In this document: piece after piece, positions 15,135 through 24,360 of the stretch
How the letters are laid out: each line of letters begins with the position of its first letter
Numbering within the stretch: position 1 is the first letter of the stretch
DNA from: Caldivirga maquilingensis IC-167
GTDB lineage: Archaea; Thermoproteota; Thermoprotei; Thermoproteales; Thermocladiaceae
Length of the DNA: 32,000 nucleotides
Direction of reading: 5' to 3'
Assembly: GCF_000018305.1 (NCBI RefSeq)
Contig: NC_009954.1
Coordinates: forward strand, 390,001-422,000
The notes under the pieces: model-generated
Seen by the model: only the letters and a program-made list of their open reading frames with translations
Told to the model about the DNA's origin: nothing
Database searches by the model: none
Translations under genes and position numbers: made by a program

Positions 15135-16103
15135 ATGCTTGACTTAGTGGCACTGGGTGAACCACTGGTTCAGTTTAATGCAGTAACGGAAGGTCCATTA
15201 AGGTACGTGACGTACTTCGAGAAGCATTCAGCGGGTTCTGAAGCCAACGTATGCGTAGCAGTCTCTAAGCTCGGGCTTAGGAGCGGGTTAATAACTAGGC
15301 TTGGTAATGATGAGTTCGGGTTCTTCATATATGAGTGGCTAAGGGGGCAGGGCGTTGATGTGTCTAGGATTAGGTTCGACCCTGAGAGGCCCACTGGAAT
15401 ATACTTTGTTCAGAGAAGCTACCCGGTACCAGGGGTTAGTACTGTACTATACTATAGGAAGGGTTCCGCTGCCTCGGCTTTAAGCCCCAGTGACCTGGAT
15501 GAGGGGTATATTGCTGATTCAAGGGTCTTCCACACAACCAGCATAACAATGGCTATAAGCGACTCAGCTAGGGAAGCGGTTGTTAAGGGGATTGAGATTG
15601 CCCATAGGCGTAACGTAATGGTGTCCTTTGATGTAAACATTAGGAGACTTCTCTGGCCAAGCATTGAGGATGCGGTTAAGGCTGTTGAGGGGGTGTTGAG
15701 GAATGTTAATGTACTTTTCCTTGATGAGAATGAGGCTGAGCTACTACTCGGAACTAAGGACCCACAGGTTGTTTTCAGAGAGGTGGAGGCTAGGTTTGGG
15801 ATTAGTAGGGTTATCTTGAAGATGGGGATTAAGGGCTCAGTGGCTAGGTGGGATGGGGAGACCGTTAACTCAAAGGCATTCCAAGTACCAGTCAAGGATC
15901 CAATAGGTGCAGGGGATGCCTACGCAGGTGTCTTTCTAGCATCGGTACTTAAGGGGCTTCCACCATCTAGGGCTATAGTTAGGGCATCAGCCGCAGCGGC
16001 AATGGTAGTAATGGTTAGGGGCGATGAGGAAAACCTACCGAGGGAACAGGACTTGGAGGTCTTCCTACGTAACTATGGGTTAAGTGATGTGGAATTAAGG
16101 TGA
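15135..16103 (+). CDS. PfkB-family carbohydrate kinase (2-keto-3-deoxygluconate kinase-like)
   Basis: 322 aa. N-terminal GEPL...GGSE-like motif (HSAGSEANV) and C-terminal PfkB signature DPIGAGDAYAGVFL. Confidence 0.85.
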   Translation: MLDLVALGEPLVQFNAVTEGPLRYVTYFEKHSAGSEANVCVAVSKLGLRSGLITRLGNDEFGFFIYEWLRGQGVDVSRIRFDPERPTGIYFVQRSYPVPGVSTVLYYRKGSAASALSPSDLDEGYIADSRVFHTTSITMAISDSAREAVVKGIEIAHRRNVMVSFDVNIRRLLWPSIEDAVKAVEGVLRNVNVLFLDENEAELLLGTKDPQVVFREVEARFGISRVILKMGIKGSVARWDGETVNSKAFQVPVKDPIGAGDAYAGVFLASVLKGLPPSRAIVRASAAAAMVVMVRGDEENLPREQDLEVFLRNYGLSDVELR

Positions 16104-16198
16104 AGCAACCCCTTAACTTTAACCCATATTTACGCCTCCCCTCACTTAATCACCTTAAGTTAGTGATGAGTTTAAAAAGCGTCCTCAGTTAAGAAGCC

Positions 16199-16954
16199 AT
16201 GCTCAGTGTTCCGCAAACAGTTGAGTTGGGGTTGAGGATCATTAATTCAAGTGAGGAGAGGGGATTAACCGTGAGGCTACTTGGTGGTGTGGCAGTCTAC
16301 ATACTTGCCTCAGACGTATACCCTAAGGTGCCTTCATTATCAAGGGTCCCTAAGGACATAGACCTAGTGGCTCATGTTAAGGATTCAAGTAAGTTAACCT
16401 CATTAATGGAGGATATGGGTATTGAGGCTGATAAACGCTTCAACGCCCTTCACGGCTACGAGAGATTAATGTTTAGGAATCCTAGGGATGGTACTAGGAT
16501 TGATGTATTCCTGGATGTGTTTAGAGAGAGCCATGTCATAAACCTTAAGGATCGGTTGGAGGTTTTTAAGCCCACGATACCGCCAAGTGATTTACTTCTA
16601 ACGAAGCTTCAAATATGGAGTATTAGTGAAAGGGACATTAAGGATATAGTAGCCCTCCTGTTTAAATTCAGGATCAGTAATAATGACTCAATGAATGAAC
16701 TAAACATTAATAGGTTAATTGAATTAACCTCAAATGACTGGGGATTATACAAGACCATTATGGTTAATTTAAGCAGGGTAACTGAGTACATTAGGAGTAA
16801 GGGGGAGTTAAGTAACATTAGTGGTGACGTAATTAGTAAAATTAATGATATTTCCCTCAAAATTGAGAAGGCGCCTAAATCAATGAGGTGGAGGCTTAGA
16901 TCCATCATTGGTGAAAGGGTTAAGTGGTACGAGGAGCCTGAGGAGGTTAATTAA
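16199..16954 (+). CDS. Putative nucleotidyltransferase-fold protein (AbiEii/DUF2204-like)
   Basis: 251 aa. N-terminal pattern RLLGGVAVYI...x(~20)...PKDIDLVAH resembles the G-G-x-A ... D-[IL]-D minimal nucleotidyltransferase motif. The remainder is helical. Confidence 0.45.
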   Translation: MLSVPQTVELGLRIINSSEERGLTVRLLGGVAVYILASDVYPKVPSLSRVPKDIDLVAHVKDSSKLTSLMEDMGIEADKRFNALHGYERLMFRNPRDGTRIDVFLDVFRESHVINLKDRLEVFKPTIPPSDLLLTKLQIWSISERDIKDIVALLFKFRISNNDSMNELNINRLIELTSNDWGLYKTIMVNLSRVTEYIRSKGELSNISGDVISKINDISLKIEKAPKSMRWRLRSIIGERVKWYEEPEEVN

Positions 16955-17014
16955 TTTCTTAACCACCGGTGAATACTTAGCAATCTTTATAAACTAGTAC
17001 TTCATGTAAGTATT

Positions 17015-17512
17015 ATGAGTAGTAGTGAAACTGGTAGTTCTGGTAGTGAGGAGGAGAAGAAGCAAGTTACCATTAAGGGTGTTGATAAGGAGCTTTACGA
17101 TAAGGCGCTTCAAATGTCAAGGGAAATGGGTATAACGGTTGGTGAGTTGATTAATAAGTCATTGAAGGCATTCATATCGCTGGCGGATGTCACTAATAAG
17201 GCTGTTACATCAATGGCGCAAGCAATATCTGAGTCAAGTAAGGCGTTCGTGGAGGGCGCCAAGGGTGCTAGAATAATATCTAATATTGATGAATTAATAG
17301 TCACTAGGGAGGATCTTGAGAACCTTGATTCGCAAGTTACCTTCAGGGGAATTAAACGCCTAGTCTTCAGTAATGATGTTACCTGGGAGTTATTTGATAG
17401 TAAGGTTAGCTCAATAGTAATGTGTGATGAAGTGGTTTTACCTAAAACCATACCTAAGCTTAAGGCTGTTGAGAAGATGAGGTTCGTTAAGAAGATAACA
17501 GTGACGCAATAG
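17015..17512 (+). CDS. Ribbon-helix-helix (CopG/Arc-like) domain protein with an uncharacterised C-terminal domain
   Basis: 165 aa. After an S/E-rich tail, KQVTIKGVDKELYDKALQMSREMGITVGELINKSLKAFI fits the beta-alpha-alpha RHH pattern. Confidence 0.5.
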   Translation: MSSSETGSSGSEEEKKQVTIKGVDKELYDKALQMSREMGITVGELINKSLKAFISLADVTNKAVTSMAQAISESSKAFVEGAKGARIISNIDELIVTREDLENLDSQVTFRGIKRLVFSNDVTWELFDSKVSSIVMCDEVVLPKTIPKLKAVEKMRFVKKITVTQ

Positions 17513-17571
17513 CGAACTCACCAATATTTTAAACACAATGTTTTATTAAAAAGTTAAGCCAGTTCCTAATA

Positions 17572-18309
17572 ATGGAGACCCTTCAGTTAAGCCCATTAAG
17601 TGAACTTGTGCAAACGGGGATACCGTATGGTTACCTTATACTGATTAGAGGTGACTTAGGTATGGGTAAGACACTTATGGTTAAGCGCATTGCAAGGGAA
17701 ATACTTTCAAAATACCCTGTACTATACATTACATTCGATGATGATCCTAATTCAATTAAAGACGAGCTTAGCGAATACGCGTCTAGATTATTCATAGTGG
17801 ATGGATTCAACCTAGGTGAAACCACTGGTAGGGTAATGCCTAATGTTGTGGGTAATATAACTGAATTAGACCCAAGGCAGTTAATTAACGTAATGATGAG
17901 CACTTTACCTCAGACTAAGGCTAGGGGAGTAATAATAGATTCGGTTAATGACATGCTTATGAATGTTGACCCAAGGAGCCTCCTATTCCTCCTAAAGGAG
18001 ATTAAGATGATTACCAGGCGTTATAATGCCGTAGGCGTCATAGTTGCCCACACGACCACTGAGGACTTGAGTGGGATGATTGATAATATGGAGTACGTGT
18101 TCGATGGAATAATTGAGATTGAACTTGATCCAAACCTAGCTCAATTGGGTGTTCCCGTTAGGAGACTCAGGATTAAGAGACTTAAGGGTACAGCCCACTC
18201 AATAGACTGGTTCTACTTCACAATATCTAAGGGCAATATGATGCCGATTAACATAGACGATATTAAGAAAGCCCTAAGCACCACACTTAACATGCAGGGG
18301 GAGAGGTAG
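17572..18309 (+). CDS. KaiC/RadA-like RecA-superfamily ATPase (COG0467-type)
   Basis: 245 aa. Walker A GDLGMGKT, hydrophobic strand plus acidic Walker B (GVIIDSVND), and a typical single-domain KaiC-like length. Confidence 0.7.
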   Translation: METLQLSPLSELVQTGIPYGYLILIRGDLGMGKTLMVKRIAREILSKYPVLYITFDDDPNSIKDELSEYASRLFIVDGFNLGETTGRVMPNVVGNITELDPRQLINVMMSTLPQTKARGVIIDSVNDMLMNVDPRSLLFLLKEIKMITRRYNAVGVIVAHTTTEDLSGMIDNMEYVFDGIIEIELDPNLAQLGVPVRRLRIKRLKGTAHSIDWFYFTISKGNMMPINIDDIKKALSTTLNMQGER

Positions 18310-18489
18310 GGGGTTAATGCCCGTGATTTTACATATATAAATATATAATAGTAGTGAAACTAATTAACTATTAAATGATAAGTGCTACCCCTTAGCTAAA
18401 AAGCCTATTAATGATAAATACTTTATATCGACTATTTTTAATACGTTAATAGGCGAAATAAATAAATACCCTAACTTGTCAAATATTCT

Positions 18490-19836
18490 ATGAGCAACTC
18501 CGGTGAGGATCGAACAAGGAAGTGGTATGATACGTCAATTAAGGTTGCGAAGGAATACGGTGGTAAAATCTCAGTAATGCCTAAGGTTCCCGTTACAGGC
18601 CTAAGGGACTTCTCAATATACTACACTCCTGGAGTCGCTGGTGTATCGCTTGAAATAGCCAAGAACTCTGACCTATCCTTTGAATTAACCTGGCGCTGGA
18701 ACGCAATAGCAGTATTAACTGATGGAACCAGGGTACTGGGCTTAGGTAATGTTGGACCTGAAGCAGCGTTGCCAGTAATGGAGGGTAAGGCGCTTATATT
18801 CAAGTACTTAGGCGGCGTGGATGCTGTTCCACTTCCAATTAGGGTTAAGTCAAGGGAGGAGTTCGTAGCCGTAGCCAAAGCCATTGAACCATCCTTCGGT
18901 GGAATAAACCTAGAGGATATTGAGTCACCCAAGTGCTTCTACCTGTTGGAAACCTTAAGGAAGGAGCTTAATATACCTGTGTGGCATGATGATCAACAGG
19001 GGACTGCTGGCGCAATCCTGGCAGGCTTGTTTAATGCCCTTAAGATTGTTGATAAGAACATTAACGATGTTAAGGTGGTGCTCTTCGGCGCAGGTGCATC
19101 AAACATAGCTGCAGCGAGAATACTCCATGCAGCAGGCGTTAATTACGGGAACATGATCCTCATAGATAGTAAGGGTCCATTACACGCCGAGAGGGAGGAT
19201 ATGGATAAGCTGATGCTTAATAACCCATGGAAGTACGACCTAGCCCTTAAGACAAACAAGGAGAGGAGTAAGACAATTGAGGATGCCATGAAGGGTGCTG
19301 ACGTATTAATCTCAGCATCAACACCAGGGCCTAATGTAATTAAGAAGGATTGGATTAAGGCAATGAATAAGGATGCCGTAGTCTTCGCCTTAGCCAACCC
19401 AGTTCCTGAAATATGGCCATGGGAGGCTAAGGAGGCTGGAGCCAGGATTGTGGCCACTGGTAGGAGCGATTTCCCTAACCAAATAAACAATAGTTTAATC
19501 TTCCCATCAGTCTTCAGAGGTGCCCTAGATGTTAGGGCTAGGGGGATTTCAGATGAGGTTATTGTGGCTGTGGCTAGGGAGATTGCTAAGTATGCTGAGG
19601 AGAAGGGGATAACTGAGGATTACATTATACCAACAATGGAGGAGTGGGAGGTTTACCCAAGGGCAGCGGCTGCGGCAGCCGTGGAGATTGTTAAGGAGGG
19701 TTTAGCCAGAGTCACCACGACTTATAATGAGGAGCTTGAGAGGGCTAGAAGCATAATAGCTAAGTCCAGGGCATCAATGGAGAAGCTTATGAGGGAGGGA
19801 CTTATAAAGGAGCTTCCAGCTGAGTTAATGAGGTGA
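18490..19836 (+). CDS. NAD(P)-dependent malic enzyme (malate dehydrogenase, oxaloacetate-decarboxylating)
   Basis: 448 aa. [46 protein letters not shown] and GAGASNIA dinucleotide motifs are all characteristic of short-type malic enzymes. Confidence 0.93.
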   Translation: MSNSGEDRTRKWYDTSIKVAKEYGGKISVMPKVPVTGLRDFSIYYTPGVAGVSLEIAKNSDLSFELTWRWNAIAVLTDGTRVLGLGNVGPEAALPVMEGKALIFKYLGGVDAVPLPIRVKSREEFVAVAKAIEPSFGGINLEDIESPKCFYLLETLRKELNIPVWHDDQQGTAGAILAGLFNALKIVDKNINDVKVVLFGAGASNIAAARILHAAGVNYGNMILIDSKGPLHAEREDMDKLMLNNPWKYDLALKTNKERSKTIEDAMKGADVLISASTPGPNVIKKDWIKAMNKDAVVFALANPVPEIWPWEAKEAGARIVATGRSDFPNQINNSLIFPSVFRGALDVRARGISDEVIVAVAREIAKYAEEKGITEDYIIPTMEEWEVYPRAAAAAAVEIVKEGLARVTTTYNEELERARSIIAKSRASMEKLMREGLIKELPAELMR

Positions 19837-20309
19837 AGGTGATGGTTAAGGTCAGGAAGGCGGAGGAGAAGGACTTAGAAAACGTGGTTGAATTAGTGGT
19901 TAGGTTAAAGAGACTGAACAGTGAATTCGACCCATTACTTAAGGTTAGGGATGATGTTTACGTTCAGGTTAAGAACTGGATAAGCGGGTACTTGAATAAT
20001 AAGGGTAAGCTACTGCTGGTGGCTGAGTCTGATGATGGTAGGGTAATTGGAGCCTTAGTGTCTGAGGTTAGGGAGAGATTATTCTATGAACCACGCATGG
20101 AGGGCGTCATAATGGACTTCTACATTATGCCTGAATTCAGGAGGAGGGGTATTGGTAAAATGATGATGGATGAAGCCATTAGGATGCTCAGGGAAATGGG
20201 GGCGCATGTAATATCAGCGGAATTCCCAGCCCAGAACCAAATATCAGTAGCCTTCTATAGGAAGTACGGCTTCAGGCCAATGACGAATGTTTACGTTAAG
20301 GAGACTTAG
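19833..20309 (+). CDS. GNAT family N-acetyltransferase
   Basis: 158 aa. Motif A is [17 protein letters not shown] overlap with the malic enzyme stop; alternative ATG at 19842. Confidence 0.8.
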   Translation: MKVMVKVRKAEEKDLENVVELVVRLKRLNSEFDPLLKVRDDVYVQVKNWISGYLNNKGKLLLVAESDDGRVIGALVSEVRERLFYEPRMEGVIMDFYIMPEFRRRGIGKMMMDEAIRMLREMGAHVISAEFPAQNQISVAFYRKYGFRPMTNVYVKET

Positions 20310-20641
20310 GAGGCTAGGAAAACCTTAATAGCCACTAATTCCTTATTAAAAATGAATAAGTCCTGGTTCTCCATGCTTAAAACCCTTAAACCACTGGTGA
20401 ATGAGCTTAGGGGTGTATCTTTTATCCTGCTTAAGCAGTCCTGTAGGTATGATGATAACTCCTTCAGCTTACCGGGTTCATTAACCTCAACGTAGGCTAC
20501 CCACGTGAACTGCTGCCCATTATCAATTATAATAACCCTCTCAGCAGTATTCTTAAGTAGGCACTCAAGGGTGCTTCGAAAGCTGGCTTGAGTAGGTGTG
20601 GATACTTGACTAATGCACCTATCTAGTTGACACTCCTTCAT
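20306..20641 (-). CDS. Hypothetical protein (111 aa)
   Basis: ORF track. Last gene of the minus-strand series 22619->20306. No recognisable motif. Confidence 0.4.
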   Translation of the reverse strand: MKECQLDRCISQVSTPTQASFRSTLECLLKNTAERVIIIDNGQQFTWVAYVEVNEPGKLKELSSYLQDCLSRIKDTPLSSFTSGLRVLSMENQDLFIFNKELVAIKVFLAS

Positions 20642-20709
20642 GATTAACTACTCATCAACCCATTTATAATTATTACTAGTAAAGTAACCATTAAAGGTAA
20701 TGAATGCCC

Positions 20710-21246
20710 CTAATCCTCAACACTTATTAAGTATAATTCACCATCATTAGCGGTAACCCTCCTAACCTTACCCATTACATACGCCAATGCAACTAAGGCG
20801 CATACGGCAGCATCATAGGCATCCTTACCTCCATTAATAACCAGCTTCCTCACCCCTAATTTACTGGATAATTGAGTTAAATCCATGTTAAGCCAGTGAA
20901 GTACACTCCATGGGTGAGTTTCAATGACCCTAATACCCAATTCCTCAAGCCTACCCTTAATTCGAATAGCCCTCTCACTTAACTTAATCATCCACCTCCA
21001 GTTAGCTGGCATAACCTTAAGCCCCATCTTAAGCATGAGTCTATCAACATCCCTATACTTACCTACCCCACTAAGTGGTGCATCAATAGCCACCACTGAT
21101 GCATCATTCAACTCATTAATTACCTCATCATCACTCTCAACAAGCCTACTAACCAGTACCCCATCATTAACCTCAGCTACCCCACTCACCCTCTTCACTG
21201 ATAAGTCAACACCACCAAGCTTCACTGCCTCTGCTGGCTCTGACAC
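20710..21246 (-). CDS. DUF429-like predicted RNase H-fold nuclease
   Basis: 178 aa. The pattern GGVDLS...VVAIDAPLS...VIETHPWS...DAYDAAVCALVA matches my recollection of the DUF429 conserved blocks (G-x-D, IDAPL, E-x-x-P, DA-x-x-A). Its start overlaps the upstream coiled-coil gene by 25 nt. Confidence 0.55.
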   Translation of the reverse strand: MSEPAEAVKLGGVDLSVKRVSGVAEVNDGVLVSRLVESDDEVINELNDASVVAIDAPLSGVGKYRDVDRLMLKMGLKVMPANWRWMIKLSERAIRIKGRLEELGIRVIETHPWSVLHWLNMDLTQLSSKLGVRKLVINGGKDAYDAAVCALVALAYVMGKVRRVTANDGELYLISVED

Positions 21247-22619
21247 TGTTTAACCAATTCCTCGTACTTCCTTTTAATCTCCTCGAACTCGGCCTGCTGC
21301 CTCTTTAAGTGCTCAGCTTCCTCATCAAGCTTCTCCTTAAGCTCCACGAGCATACTCTCCCTAACCACAAGGGTCCTCTGGTAATTAATCAACTCCCTCT
21401 CCCTCTCCAGTAGCTTCCTCTCCCATTCAGCCAACCTCCTCTCCTCCTCAGTTAACCTAGTTACTAGAGGCTCCAACTTACCCTCAAGCTCCCTTCTCCT
21501 GGCGTCGAGTTCATTCTTAATGGACTCAAGTTCCTTCTCCCTCTTATTTAACTCATCCCTATAATTATTCAACTTAGCCTCAAGCTCACTGAGTTCCTTA
21601 GCCTTCCTCTCCCACTCAGCAGCCAACTTATTAACCTGCTCCTCCCTAGCCTTAATCTGGCTCTCCCTATTGGCTAATTCCTGGAGCCTAGCCTTAATCT
21701 CCTCCTCCTTCTTCTCAAGCTCCTTAAGCCTCTCTGAATTAGCCTCAATCCTCGCTGCCTCAAGTTGTAGCCTAGCCTCAAGGTTCTTTAGGTTAATTTC
21801 CTGCTCCCTGAGCCTAGCCTCCCTCTCCTGAAGGTCCTTAAGGGTCTTCTCGTAGTTACTCAACCTATTAACCAACTCACTTATGACGCTTCCCATGTTG
21901 TTGGATAAACTGGATAAGTCATTCATGAGTTTTGAAGCAGCATCAACTCTACGCTTCTCCTCCTCCAGGGTAGCCTCAATCCTACTTAACTCCTCCTCCC
22001 TCCTCTTAAGACTCTCCTCCCTAACCTTAAGCTCACTCTCCTTATTAGCTAACTCAATTATCCTACTTTCAAGCTCCCTCTGCCTACTAATGGCCTCATC
22101 ACTGGCTGCCTGAAGCCTAGTGGCAACCTGCTCTATTTTAGAGAATTGATCAAGGAGTTGACTTGACCTCTGGGAGACGTCACTCAACTTACCATCTATT
22201 ACACTCATCATGTTTAAGCCACCTTCAAGACCCTTACTCAATTCATTAATCCTAGCTGTTAACCCATTGGCAGCATCCTCCATCACCTTACTCAACTGCT
22301 CAACTCTACCGAGTAGCGCTGAGAGGGCGTTTAGGTAACTGTCCGTGGCCTGTGAGAACCTCTGGTATAATTCACTTATGTCATTTATCCTCTTATCCTG
22401 AACCGAGACAATATCCCTAATAATACCGCTTAAATCCTGAACAATCTTACTAAGCCTACTCACCTCACCCCCAATACCCTGAAGCATACCTCTAACGTTA
22501 CTAACCTCATTCATCAACGCCTGCTGCTGCTTATTAAGGTTATCAACAGTTAAGGCAATCTGCTCAATCCTCTGCACAACACCACTCACCTGATCCTTTC
22601 TACCACCGAATAGTGACAT
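21222..22619 (-). CDS. Long coiled-coil protein (465 aa), no NTPase motif
   Basis: Heptad-rich, E/K/R/L-dominated sequence throughout. Internal duplication (ELANKESELKVREE / ELANRESQIKAREE; AEWERKAKE / AEWERKLLE). No Walker A. TATA-like TTAATTATTTTAAAC lies about 20-30 nt upstream. Confidence 0.75.
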   Translation of the reverse strand: MSLFGGRKDQVSGVVQRIEQIALTVDNLNKQQQALMNEVSNVRGMLQGIGGEVSRLSKIVQDLSGIIRDIVSVQDKRINDISELYQRFSQATDSYLNALSALLGRVEQLSKVMEDAANGLTARINELSKGLEGGLNMMSVIDGKLSDVSQRSSQLLDQFSKIEQVATRLQAASDEAISRQRELESRIIELANKESELKVREESLKRREEELSRIEATLEEEKRRVDAASKLMNDLSSLSNNMGSVISELVNRLSNYEKTLKDLQEREARLREQEINLKNLEARLQLEAARIEANSERLKELEKKEEEIKARLQELANRESQIKAREEQVNKLAAEWERKAKELSELEAKLNNYRDELNKREKELESIKNELDARRRELEGKLEPLVTRLTEEERRLAEWERKLLERERELINYQRTLVVRESMLVELKEKLDEEAEHLKRQQAEFEEIKRKYEELVKQCQSQQRQ

Positions 22620-23013
22620 ACTTTATAAGCCTTGTTAATTATTTTAAACTTATCGCGTATTAACTCTTCCCACCCTGAGGGTGAACGTTCCCTGAGCCTT
22701 GGGGTTACTTACCTTTATGGAGACTGATAAAGTAATACTGCTTAAAAATTTATAAAGCAACTTAGTTATTCATGATTAAGTTTTTCCTCATCATTACGCT
22801 TAACCACAGGAGGCAAAGCATTAGGAGTCTCTTAGGTGAATGTTAAAGATCTTAACCGTAGTATCCATGTGCTTAGCGTTAATAGTATTGAACCTGGATT
22901 AAAAGGCGTAGAGACGGTGGTGTTACGTTAATTATCATGGAGTAATTACATCATGTTGAATGAAATCCAGTGAAATATGAGGGAGTAAAGTAGCCAAGGC
23001 ACTTGATGAGACT

Positions 23014-23091
23014 TGGCGGGCCCGGTGGGATTTGAACCCACGCCCTACGGGTTAAGAGCCCGCCGCTCTGGCCAGGCTGAGCTACGGGCCC
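23014..23091 (-). tRNA. tRNA-Lys(CUU), intact, with encoded CCA
   Basis: The minus strand reads GGGCCCG-TA-GCTC-AGCCTGGCCA-GAGC-G-GCGGG-CTCTTAA-CCCGT-AGGGC-GTGGG-TTCAAAT-CCCAC-CGGGCCC-G-CCA. All stems pair, the anticodon is CTT, and a TATA-like CCTTATAAAC lies about 25-33 nt upstream. Confidence 0.93.
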
Positions 23092-23182
23092 CTTTCATCT
23101 GCTATTAGCGGTGGGTTTATAAGGTTTTACCTTAAGTCTAATAAACTTAAAGATTAAAAACCCAACTTAAGATTACCTTTCT

Positions 23183-23797
23183 GTGAAGCTAATTGTTGTT
23201 GCCGTTCCTGGTGCTGGTAAGTCCACTATACTTGGGATTGTTAAGAGTAAATTACCTGACGTGACCGTTGTTAATTACGGTGACTACATGTTTGATGTCG
23301 CCAAGAGGCGGTATGGGATTACTCATAGGGATGAGATGAGGAGGAAACTACCCCTTAGTGAGTATAGGAGGGTTCAGGAAATAGCCGCTGAGGAGATTGC
23401 TAAACTACCCGGTGACGTCCTAATAGATACCCATGCCGCAATAAGGATGAGCGGTGGCTTTTACCCTGGCTTACCCAGTAGGATTGTGGAGAGACTAATG
23501 CCTGATGCAATAATTGTACTTGAGTTTAACCCAATGGATATTATTCAAAGGAGGATGAAGGATGAGGCCCTTAGGATTAGGGAGAAGGAGACCCCCCAGG
23601 AGATTGAGATGCATCAATTAGCTAATAGGCATTACGCCTTCGCTGCGGCTAATGAAGCTGAGTGCCCAGTTTACATACTTGACTTCCATAATAAGGTTCA
23701 GGAGAAGCCGTTTCAGCATGCTGAGGAGGCTGCAGCATTCATAGTTGACTTACTGATTAAGAATAGGCAAAGTAGCCTAAACCCACCTCAGCCTTAA
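23183..23797 (+). CDS. adkA: Archaeal-type adenylate kinase
   Basis: 204 aa. N-terminal MKLIVVAVPGAGKSTI P-loop, and the length and layout (THAAIR...GFYPGLP) typical of archaeal AdkA. GTG start. Confidence 0.8.
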   Translation: MKLIVVAVPGAGKSTILGIVKSKLPDVTVVNYGDYMFDVAKRRYGITHRDEMRRKLPLSEYRRVQEIAAEEIAKLPGDVLIDTHAAIRMSGGFYPGLPSRIVERLMPDAIIVLEFNPMDIIQRRMKDEALRIREKETPQEIEMHQLANRHYAFAAANEAECPVYILDFHNKVQEKPFQHAEEAAAFIVDLLIKNRQSSLNPPQP

Positions 23798-23850
23798 TAA
23801 TGAGGGTATTAAATGATACACTAATAAAACGCCAGTAAGCTTGATTTAAC

Positions 23851-24360
23851 GTGCCGATTAATGAGAGGAAGCTAGCCATAGTTTCAGGCATAGTGCTTGG
23901 GGAGGATTCTGAGACCGGTGTTAGCGTTAGGTTGAGTGAATTGAGGCAGGTCTTATCTAAGAGGATTAGTAATCCTGATGCGGTAATAGGGAAACTCGCA
24001 GAGGAGGGTGTGTTTAAAATAGAGAGGATTGGGGGTGGCTTCAGGGTCATTATTCAATACACACCCGAGGTAAGGGGCATATATGGTTATGTGATTGAAT
24101 CCGTAATAACCTTCGATGACTTCATTAAGGAGTTAAATAACGCAATAATGAAATACGCCAACCCAGCAACAGGTTATGCAGACCTCGGTGTCGTTATGAA
24201 GCACGTATGCAGTAGACTGGGTATAGGGGATTTGGATTTCGATCAATTATTCCTTAAGGCCATTAGGATTAATGGGAGGAAGTATGTGTTGAGTTACGGT
24301 GGATCACATAGGGTTAAGGTTGGTTCAGGTTACTATGGGTTAATTAAGGTGATTCCATAA
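23851..24360 (+). CDS. Hypothetical protein with an N-terminal winged-helix-like domain (169 aa)
   Basis: ORF track. VSVRLSELRQVLSKRISNPDAVIGKLAEEGVFKIERIGGGFRVI fits a helix-turn-helix plus beta-hairpin wing. Its stop overlaps the start of the next gene (TAATG). Confidence 0.5.
   Translation: MPINERKLAIVSGIVLGEDSETGVSVRLSELRQVLSKRISNPDAVIGKLAEEGVFKIERIGGGFRVIIQYTPEVRGIYGYVIESVITFDDFIKELNNAIMKYANPATGYADLGVVMKHVCSRLGIGDLDFDQLFLKAIRINGRKYVLSYGGSHRVKVGSGYYGLIKVIP

Noticed and set aside
15452-15895. 147-aa ORF antisense to the PfkB kinase gene. Similar antisense ORFs at 476-691, 613-813, 5794-5991, 7135-7317, 11132-11338, 11657-11842, 12861-13058, 13608-13841, 14629-14865, 15170-15394, 16609-16908, 17110-17451, 17631-17903, 18621-18932, 19143-19490, 20924-21253, 21883-22113, 23757-24050, 24734-24922, 26908-27204, 27379-27606, 28600-28848, 30335-30589, 30471-30779
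   Set aside because: All lie inside, or mostly inside, longer ORFs on the other strand or frame that have clear family motifs. Their translations are low-complexity S/L/T/P-rich strings typical of shadow frames.
22665-22715. GC-richer island CTTCCCACCCTGAGGGTGAACGTTCCCTGAGCCTTGGGG in the spacer upstream of the coiled-coil gene, considered as another tRNA fragment (for example the middle piece of a tri-split tRNA-Gly, TTCCCA) or as related to the Ala leader (shares CCTGAGGG)
   Set aside because: No adjacent GC-rich anticodon-stem strand and no BHB partner in the window. The 8-mer match to the leader is at chance level. Only a 5-bp hairpin (CACCC-TGA-GGGTG) is supported. Unresolved rather than positive.
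22620-23182. Replication origin near the adk/gins/mcm cluster (A/T-rich spacers around tRNA-Lys)
   Set aside because: I could identify no ORB-like repeated elements or inverted repeats flanking an A/T-rich unwinding element, and no orc1/cdc6 gene is adjacent. A/T-richness alone is typical of all spacers here.
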